Positions 34,340 to 64,000 of a DNA stretch of 64,000 nt are shown in pieces. Under the pieces are notes generated by a model. That model did not search any database. It saw only the letters and a program-made list of their open reading frames with translations, and was not told the DNA's origin. This DNA is from Antechinus flavipes (taxonomy: Eukaryota): the NCBI RefSeq assembly GCF_016432865.1, contig NC_067401.1:184884001-184948000 (forward strand), written 5' to 3'. The position numbers were made by a program, and so were the translations under genes. The number at the start of each line of letters is the position of its first letter. Position 1 is the first letter of the stretch.

Positions 34340-35140
34340 CCACTATGATTAATTAGTTGACAAGTCATCCAGTCTCTATTACTTAAAGCCCTCCCAAGGA
34401 AGGGGAAAACATCCCCTTTCTAGACTACCTCTTCCACTTTGAGATGCTATAATTATTAGGAAGTTTTTCCCAATATGGAGCCTAAACTAGCCTTCTGGAA
34501 ATTTCTGCCCAATGCTCCTGGTCCAACCCTCAGGAAAGAAAAGAATTGATTCCTATTTACATGTCAACCCTTTAAATACAGTTATGTCACCCTGAGTGTT
34601 TTTCCCCAGAATAAATGTGTCCAGTTTTTTCAACCAATCTTCAGATGTTATAGATTCAATGTCTTTCACTATCCTTAGGTGACTTTCCCTGAACACTCTC
34701 CCTCTTATTAATATCTTTCCAGTTCAGGAAAGATTCTGGTGCCCAGAATGCAATAGTCTAGATAAGGGTTGACAAAGGCAAAGTATCCTGGGACTCCATA
34801 ATGCTGGACTCCCTCTTGATACAACATAAGATCACATTAGATTTTTCTGGTATTTCTATCATATTACTAATTTTGATTAAGTTTGCAGTCAATGAAAACT
34901 CCATACCTCCGCATCTTATATTTGTATAGCTGATTTGTGGGAGATTTTGGTATGTTAAGGGCAACACTTTTTTATCTCTATTGAATTTCGTCTTAGAAGA
35001 TTTAACCCAGTGTTTTTACTTGTCATGGTCTTTTGGAATACTTACTCTGCCATTCTGTGTTTTAGCTCCTTCTTTCAACTTGATGTCATTTACAAATTTG
35101 AGTGACTTTAACCAAATCACTGATAAAAATTTTAACCGGG
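34340..35140 (-). mobile_element. L3/CR1 LINE ORF2 fragment
   Basis: ccagtttttttcaaccaatcttca, tgatgtcatttacaaatttg reverse-strand CR1 RT motifs. Confidence 0.55.
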
Positions 35141-37503
35141 TGCTGGGGAGAGAAGGGAATGCACATTTAAATAGCATCTGCTATGTTCCAGTCACTGTGC
35201 TAGGTCCTTTTCACAAATATTTATCTTATTTGATCTTTAAACAACCCTTTGAAATACATGTTATTAGTATCCCCATTTCATAGCTGAGGGAGACAATAAG
35301 AGGTAGAGTTGTCAGGGAAATACTTTACGTGAGATACTTTATGAAAAGTTTGGTCAAACTCTAGATAAACTCTTTCTGCAGTTCCCCCTTCCTTGATTAG
35401 TGATCCTGTCCAAAAAATGAAATGAGATTAGTGTAATGTTCAGGCTAGCTTTCTGGAGGTCCTTCCAACAGACTTTGGTCTCATCAGGATAGACACCATG
35501 AGAATGATCAGGAATAGAGTCTAGAGTCTTTATTCTGGCCCAGTCTTGATTTTAGGAGGCATGAGAGCCAATAGGAGGATGGTCAAAAATAGAATGTCTG
35601 TTTTCCGTCTTTCTCAGCTCTTACATTATGTGTGAACTTAAAGAACCATTATATCACCAGGCTAAGTACTAAGTATATGTATACTAAAGAACCATCATCT
35701 CATCAATTCCACTGAATTAACACCTCGTTGTAAGAATCCGTATTTCAAATATATTTCTCCAAAGTTCCGGCCCTCCACAGGTTAGTCTGGCACAACTTGT
35801 TCTTGAAGTCATACCAGTTCTTTATAACCAGAATTCCTTCTATTAGATGTTTATCAAGCATCTCTTTAAATAATCTTTTCTAGAATTTTTATGGGAATCC
35901 AAGTCAAGCTTATTGGTCTATAGTTTACACATTGTTCTCTTCCCTTTACTAGAAGAAAATTAGTAATATTTACCCTTCTCAAGTCTTGTGGTTCACCTTT
36001 CATGTTTTCGATGATCTTCCAAATACAAATTACATCAAGCAATCATATCTACCAGTTCTTTTAGAACCCAAAGATATAAGGTCATTTGGATCAAGGGACT
36101 TAATTTCATCACAGGGAGCTAGATGCTCTCTACCTAATCACTTACTTTGTATATTAACTCCTTATTAATCATTTTCCCCTCTCATTTCCTGTGTAAAGGT
36201 TATCTTCTTCTGCAGAGAAAACAGAAACAAACCAAAAAAATGCCTCCTGTTATCGGTAATCACCTTCCTATCTAGGTCAAGCAGAGGTCTGATTCTTTCT
36301 TTGGGCTTTTTAAAGATCCCAACATAGGGTGTCCCAAAAGTCTTAGTTTTAAACTGCACTAAAACCCTGGGGCTTTTACGCTATTAGAACTTAAAATTGC
36401 ACTAAGACTTTTGAAACTTTTGACTTACCTTGCCAGGCTCAATACATTTCTAAGTGTGGCTCTCCTGATAGGACTGTGGCTATGTTCATATTCTTTCTGT
36501 TACATGGTATACTTTCCCTCTTCTTTATAGAGAAGCCAAGGAGAGTAGGGAAAGAAAAATTCTTTCTACCTTGTTTGCTGACAAGATTTTCAATAGATGC
36601 TGCCAATTATAGGTGGTCTTTTCTTCTGCTCCAATGTCTTTCCCAGAGACCTCTTCATTCTTGTCTCTGAAAGCCACAGTTATTGGCCAACATGGTCTTG
36701 GATCATAACAATTAACAGCTGTCACCACATCAGGTTTTGCTGCTCCCTTTGCTTACATTGACTGGCCCATGTGACAATCAGCAACTCTAGTTCTAACAGC
36801 AGTCCTTGATTGCCTCAGTTATCCACAGTGACCAGGAAATCTAAATGGGAGGAAGACAATCCCAAACCTGCACAACACCCAAAGCTTATGCCTTCTTCTT
36901 GCCCACTAAATGACTTCCTGTCCATTTCAAGAGCATACTCCCCAAGATTCCCAGTGAAGGAATGTTAAATTTACCTACCCCATTCTCTTATTTATCACTA
37001 ACTTTAGGTCCAGAAGTAAGTAATAACTGAAAGATAAGCATATAGTCTGGGTACATATCACACCCACACACACGTCCTCATAAAATAGGCAATGTCAGTT
37101 GTAATCTGAAGAATCTGATTTTGTGCCAGAAAAAGAAGCTTGGTTTTTGGATTTGTTTTAAGTTTTTTAAATGGATGCAGTATAGTACAGTAGGAATAAT
37201 ATTGGATTTGGAGTCAGAAGACCTGAGTTCAGAATCTGATTCTGTTGTTTACTATGTAAGTATTGGCCTAGTTATTAACTTCTCTGAGCCTCAGTTTTAG
37301 GATCAATATGAATCAGTAAAAATCTTAAGATATATTTAAGGTACAATGTCCAGAAAACATGGCCAGATGGTTAGAGAATAAGCCTTGGAATCAGGAAGAC
37401 CTGGGTTAACACTCACTTCTGTTATGAACTGAGGCAAGTCATTTAATTATTCAGTTCAAGATAATTCTCTAAAATTCTAATTTACAGAACAAATTGCTTT
37501 GGT

Positions 37504-38121
37504 AAAATGTTTGTGGCAGCCCTGTTTGTAGTGGCTAGAAACTGAAAAATGAATGGATGCCCATCAATTAGAGAATGGTTGAGAAAATTGTGGTATATGA
37601 ACGTTATGGAATATTATTGTTCTGTAAGAAATGACCAGCAGGATGAATACAGAGAGGACTGGCAAGACTTACATGAACTGATGCTGAGTGAAATGAGCAG
37701 AACCAGGAGATCATTATATACCTCAACAACGATACTATATGAGGATGTATTCTGATGGAAGTGGATTTCTTCGATAAAAAGATCTAATTCAGTTTCAATT
37801 GATCAAGGATGGACAGAAGCAGCTACACCCAAAGAAAGAACACTGGGAAACTGCTTGCATTTTTGTTTTTCTTCCCGGGTTATTTATACCTTCTGAATCC
37901 AATTCTCCCTGTGCAACAAGAGAACTGTTCGGTTCTGCACACATATATTGTATTTAGGATATACTGTAACCTATTTAACCTGTATAGGACTGCTTGCCAT
38001 CTGGGGGAGGGGGTGTAGGGAAGAAGGGAAAAAATCGGAACAGAAGTGAGTGCAAGGGATAATGTTGTAAAAAATTACCCTGGCATGGGTTCTGTCAATA
38101 AAAAGTTATTTTTAAAAAAAA
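37504..38121 (+). mobile_element. LINE-1 3' end (ORF2 C-terminus, 3' UTR, A tail)
   Basis: [29 protein letters not shown]; homologous to ~7380-8020. Confidence 0.9.
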
Positions 38122-39099
38122 TTGCTTTGGTAGAGGAAGTTTCTTCACTAAAAGCTTCCTCCACTTATAGAATCACAGGTCTAAAACGAAGAATAAATAC
38201 TCAAAAGAGAGGGGGTGATAGTCCTACTATACTCTTCCTTGGAAAGATCACAGCTTAAAATACTAGCACCATATTTTAGGAAAGATAAATTCTAGAATAC
38301 CCAGAGAATGATGAGGGAATTGGGGACTAGACTAGAATGGGAAAAAAGGAGATAAGGAAGAACCTCCTCAAGGAATGGTGGAATATAGGAGATAGAGCAG
38401 GCAGCTCTTTAGCTGCCTTTAATTAAAGCCTTAGGTGTGGTTTAGGGTGATAAATTTGGTGATAGGGCCCCAATGGGGAATGTAGGCCAAGGGAACCATG
38501 TCCTGTTTACCTATGGGGGAAGCTGGAACCCTGAGTCATACATTATTCTACACTGTGTTAGCATAAAGGATGGTGTGTCAGTGTACAGATCCTGCCACTC
38601 TGGAAGGGATTCATTTCTGGCATTCTTGAGGCTATAGTCCTGGAATCTGGATTCATATTTCTACTCCAACCCATCTCCAGCTGGAACTTGGGTATAGGGG
38701 AAGACAGCTTTTGTGGCAGTGACAAAAAGAAAGCAGTACTGTGGTATTGAAGAGTCAGGCTGAAGATTGGATCTAAGAATAAGCTAGAAAGATATGAGTT
38801 TAGTTAATGTCCTAATGAAAACTGATCCCAACAGAGATAAAACAAAACCAAACCAAAAAACCCAGCATCTCATTTTTGAATGGTCATGAAAACAGAGGAT
38901 AGTAAAAAAGGTGTGTGTAAAGACTGAAATAGGATATCCCTGTCAAAGAGTATTAAAAAGACTGTGAATAGTGAAGTTTGAGCTTGTCCAGAGAAGATGG
39001 CAAGGTTGGCTAAGTTTGATAGGTAAGATTTCAGAATTTAGGAATTATGTTTAGTCATAGTCACATTTCAGGAGGAAGGGGAACTTCCCAACGATCAAA

Positions 39100-39600
39100 T
39101 ATGATCAAAGTTGTTATGCCCAAAGGGCTATAAAAACTGTATACTCTTTGATCCAATGGTGCCACTACTGGATCTGTTTCCCAAAGAAATTACAAAAGAG
39201 GGAAAAGAACCCACATATGCAAATATGTTTGCCTCAACTCTTTTTATGGTGGCAGAGAATTTGGAAAAGGAATGAATTCCCCTCAACTGGGGAATGGCAT
39301 ATGAAAGTAATGGAATATTATCATTCTATTAAAAAATGATGGAACAGGCTGATTTTTAAAAACCTGGAAAGATTTACATGAACCGATGTTGAGTGAAACA
39401 AGCAGAACCAAGAAAACATTGTACACAGCTACAAGATGTATGATGATCAACTAAGATAGATGTGGCATGCAATTCTCACCATTTTTCTTTTTTTTCCCTT
39501 CATGGTTTTTTTCCCTTTTGTTGTGATTTTTCTCTCCTAGCATGACTCTCATGGAAATATGAAAAAAAAATGTACATGTAACCTAATTTAAAAAAAAAAT
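39100..39600 (+). mobile_element. Older LINE-1 3' fragment
   Basis: tatactctttgatcca...ccactactggatctgtttcccaaagaaat; caactggggaatggc. Confidence 0.7.
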
Positions 39601-40619
39601 CAAAGTTTTTTGGGAGGACAGTTGGTAGGTAGAAAATCAATAAAGGGAATAGAGTATTTTAAGAAAAACATGGTATCCCTGAGGGAGAAGTGAAGTTCCA
39701 CTGTACTAGCTTGTACCATATCTAAAGTACCATATTATTATGGACATATTTTAAGATGGATATTGACAGGATAGAATGTCCAGAGAAGAGAAATCAGGAT
39801 ACTGAAGAATCTACTGAAGAAACTGGAGAGATTTAGCTTAGAGAAAATTTAGGGGAGGATATCTTTCGAAAGAGAATCTTCGAAAAGCTATAATGTAGAA
39901 GAGGGGATGCACTTGTTTTAGAGAGTAGAATTAAGAGCAATAACTAGAAGATGCAGAGGAATATATTTGGAATCTATATAGGGAAAAATGCTCCAGCTAT
40001 TTTCTTTGGTTGTTCTCCATGTCTAAAATACTTTTCCTCCTCCTTACTTTTTTCCTCCTGACTTTTCTGGTTTCTTTTAAATTCCCACCTTTTACAAGAA
40101 GCCTTCACCAATCCTTAATCCAGTGCCTTTCCTCTATTTTAACCTGAATCTAGTTTACTTTGTATATATTTATTTGTTTGCATGTTGTCGAAAGCTTCCA
40201 AGAGGCGGGAACTGACTTTTACAAACTTTAATGTATTCCCCGTTCTTAGCACAGTGCCTGGACATAATAGGCATTTACAAAAGTTTGTTAGAGCTCTCCG
40301 AAAGTGGAACGGGGGGTCTCAGGAAATAGTAGGCTCTCCCTTGCTGGAGGTCTTTGAATAAAAAATAGATGGCCACTTGCTGATGTGTTCTCGTTAGACT
40401 AAACAGCTAGAATTCTGGTGTGGAGATCTGTGGTTAGAAAAGAACGAATTTGGGGGAGAAAGACCAAGTTGTGGGAGATAGGGAAAGGGAAGCAGGGTAA
40501 ATCTGCTTTAGTGGGGAATGATTAGTGAACGAGCTGACTCTCATCCTTCTTCAAGGCCCCTAGCATTCTCAGGCCTCAAACTTCAAAGACTATAATTTGT
40601 CAGCTCCAGGGCCAAAGAC

Positions 40620-40700
40620 TCAACCGTGCGCCCGTGACGTCATGGTCCGGCCTCTCCCCTATAAAAAGGGCTGGAAGGCGCGGTGTCGGGCCCCAGAATG
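40620..40700 (+). promoter_or_regulatory. RNF227 core promoter: CRE plus TATA box
   Basis: TGACGTCA 40635-40642 and TATAAAAAG 40660-40668 in a CpG-rich patch ~160 nt upstream of the ATG. Confidence 0.7.
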
Positions 40701-40774
40701 GACACAGGTAAGGGAAGAGATCGGAACCGGGGCGCTATTAGACCGCGTATCTAACACCCGAGTCTAGGCTTTAA

Positions 40775-42136
<1,362 letters not shown>

Positions 42137-45007
42137 CTGAGGATACTGTGGGCTGTAACAATGAAAAGTGGAAACAGCTGCCACCTCCTTTTGCTGCCCA
42201 CCCACGAGGGTGGGTTAAAAAGCTTTTGTTCCTGCCAGCCTCAGGAATTGGTGTGTTTGTGTGTGTGCACACGTGCGAGCATGTGGAATTTAAAATTCAT
42301 GAGGAGGTATAGACCTGGGCTCTGGCCTCAGTCTTCCTTTATACTAGGATACAAAGGACTAACAACCTAGTCTCCATATGTGATAGGACAGATCCACACT
42401 GGTTCCTTTCACCTATATAGTGAAGCAGCTTCTATACTTCTGTGAAATGGTTTGAGGTGTTAAAAGAATGTCATAGTGGGAAGAGCTTCTTTTAAATGGA
42501 ATAAATTCCCTAAATGTGGCACTGAGCACCAAAGAAGTCAAGTGCCTGCACTTTTTTGTTGCCTTAGTATTATCACTTCTCCCCATTCAACTGCTGATGA
42601 ATTTGTACTTTGTATGGATGTCTTTTTTTGCACTTATTCATTTGTTGCATATTTCTTATTTTTCCTACCAAATTGTAAGCCTGTCAAAGATATCCCCAAT
42701 TCCTAATAAACATTTGTTAAACATAATTTCCCTGTTATCTTTTACTTCAGTAAACTTTCTTCAACTATGCTCTTAATTATTCCTGTTCCTAGTAGCTACT
42801 CATTTTCTCTCAATTTTGGGGATGGGTAGCATGTCTTTGTCTCCCCTGTAATAGAAAGTCTGAGGGATATATCATAAAACATGGTGAAAATGGAGAGCAG
42901 ATGAAGAACCAAGACTCTTTACTCCAATTCTCTTAGTACCCTTACTTTCATAATAGATCTTGTGAAGTGGCAGAGGATACCCCCCCCCCCCCTAACTGCA
43001 AATTGTTTTTCTGGCCCTTCCTTAGTTGCCCAGTAGTTCCATTAATCTCTTACCAAAAACTTTACTTGGGGTTTACTAAGCCCTGTAGTTTTCCCTCCAC
43101 AACAAATTGCTTAATTGACCAACTTGATATGACTATTGTGGGCTACAGGAAGAGGTGGATGAGTAATAGAATTCTTCCATAAATTCGAGCCTCTCCCACC
43201 TCAGGCTTCATTGTTCAAGAGAGAGAATACTAAGTAGTACAGGAGGAAGGCTCTGCAGGCAGACTTCTGGGTTTGAGTCCCACCTCTAATCACTGCAGGT
43301 TTTCTCCTCTGTAAAAAATGAGGCAGTTGCAATAGATGGCCTTCAGTCCCTTCCATTCAGCTTCACCCCACCTGAGGCAGCTTAGTTATACTTTCAACTC
43401 TACTATGCATTCTGCCTAACCACATTTTCATACAGAGTACAGGAATGGGGTCAGGAAGCCTGTGATATCTATATTCTTGTTTGTACATAGTTTGTTAACA
43501 TGTTGTTTTCCCATTAGACTGTTTAGTCTAAGCTAGAGCAAGGACTTGCTTGCCTTTCTTTATATCCTCAGTGCTTAGTACACTACTAGGCACACAAGTT
43601 AACTTCATCCTTAATGACTGAGATTTTTTTTAAAAGAGAAAGAAAAATCATAAAATAGAGAATGATATTCAGAACAGCATCAGAAGTCTGATAAACACCT
43701 CCCTTCATCAATCCCCACCCTTCAAAACCAAAGAACCCCACCTCCAAAATAACAGAGCACACAGAAAGGAAAGTATAATTTATATGTACAACCAAGAAAC
43801 CCGATACAGAAGGAAGTGGGACAGGTGAGGAGCAGGTGAAAAAGCAGAAGGGTTGGAGTAAGGAAAAGGTAGAGGGGATAGCAAAGAGGGCTGTGGTAGC
43901 TGGGGGGTCACCATGCAAAATGTCACTTTCCCTTGGTCCCCATGGGGGGGAATACTTCCCTATAGTGCTTCACTCCCAAGTTCTCTGTTACAGTCTCAGA
44001 GGTATGGAGGCAAGGTTCCCCTAGCTAGTACACCCCACCTTATCCAGTCAAATCCAGCCCCTTGGTCCAAGCTTGGAGCTGGAGGGGAGAGGGATGAGGA
44101 CAAAGGAAGGAAGGGGTTGATAGAGCACTCTTAGGACACCTGAGTTTCCAGAGGTGGGGCACAAAAGGGCCTGTTCCCCGGTTCTGGCCCTATGTATTCC
44201 TTCCCATCTTCTCTACAATACCTGGGTTGCTGAGATTGTGGATGGGGGAAAAGGGAGGCTCCTCTTTGGCCTGAGTGTCCTCCATCCCTGACATATTTCA
44301 TAAAGGGAGGTAGTACTTGGTCCTTTGAGGGGAGGGGAGAGAAATCCCCCTAACACAAGGAGCCAGTACACGGGAAGGTGACTCAGCCAGTGAATGGCAC
44401 CTTTATTCTGAGGCTGAACATGGATTGCCCTCCCTCCCAATTTCCCACCCTCAATTTTGGGGAGGTAGAGGAGAGCAACATGCAGCCATGCCTCCCCTCC
44501 CTTCCCCCTAGGGGTCATTTCCCATCCCACCTCAAGATTTTCCCTCCCTTCTCAAGAGTTCTTCCATTTCCCCATGTGGGTCCAAAAGGGCCAGGTAGGG
44601 CAAATTCCCCTCCTTGGTTACTGAGGATAGAGTTTAATACTGTAAGGGAATGGGGGAAAATGGGGAAGCCCTACCCCTTTCCCTCCCTTCTTACCCCAAA
44701 CAATTTGCTCGAGAGCTGAATGTATTAAGATTGGAGCTACTTTGGAAGAGCAACTCCCTACACCCCTTCCCAACCACAGCACCTTCATTCAAAACATCAC
44801 TGGAGAAGGCACCTGGGGCAAAGGGGTGGGGAAACACAGGGGGAGAAAGCCCTGGTTTGGAAAATAAGGGTGGAGGAGAAAGGGGCTCCTATCCTGATGG
44901 TGGCCCAAGGGGTGGGGAAGGTGGAGGATTGGCAGCAAGTTCCAGGGGTGGTATGTGGGCTGGAGGACGGCCCCTGGGACGGGTTGAGTGGCAGAGCTGG
45001 GGACCTT

Positions 45008-64000
<18,993 letters not shown>

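Noticed and set aside
35688-35780. Plus-strand open segment ending in CAG|GTTAGT
   Set aside because: Poor acceptor, no partner exon, flanked by L3 remnants

Overview
Marsupial genomic DNA, probably dasyurid judging from WSINE1/MAR1-like SINEs, marsupial L1 and an OC1-like hAT element. It is syntenic with human 17p13.1. Gene order: CNTROB (- strand, coding exons 1-12, continues off the left edge), a bidirectional CpG-island promoter, TRAPPC1 (+, complete, 145 aa), KCNAB3 (+, complete, 14 exons, 409 aa), an ~11.8 kb repeat-rich interval, RNF227 (+, 2 exons, 181 aa), and the 3' two-thirds of CHD3 (-, chromodomains to stop, one exon running into a 236-N gap). All exon chains were read by hand and are phase-consistent. 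Gene identities rest on recalled human protein sequences, not on a database search. Main observations: (1) a composite C/D + H/ACA scaRNA (SCARNA21 orthologue) in a CHD3 intron, with guides matching U12 snRNA G18/U19; (2) U12-type minor introns in both CHD3 and TRAPPC1; (3) a CHD3 cassette exon of 101 nt that is frameshifted and contains a stop; (4) two GC-AG introns; (5) a perfect 38-bp inverted repeat in a KCNAB3 intron; (6) in-frame alternative N-termini for CNTROB and RNF227, a CaaX end on RNF227, and radical substitutions in KCNAB3; (7) a tentative cryptic or decayed exon chain between KCNAB3 and RNF227. Repeat boundaries and family names are approximate.
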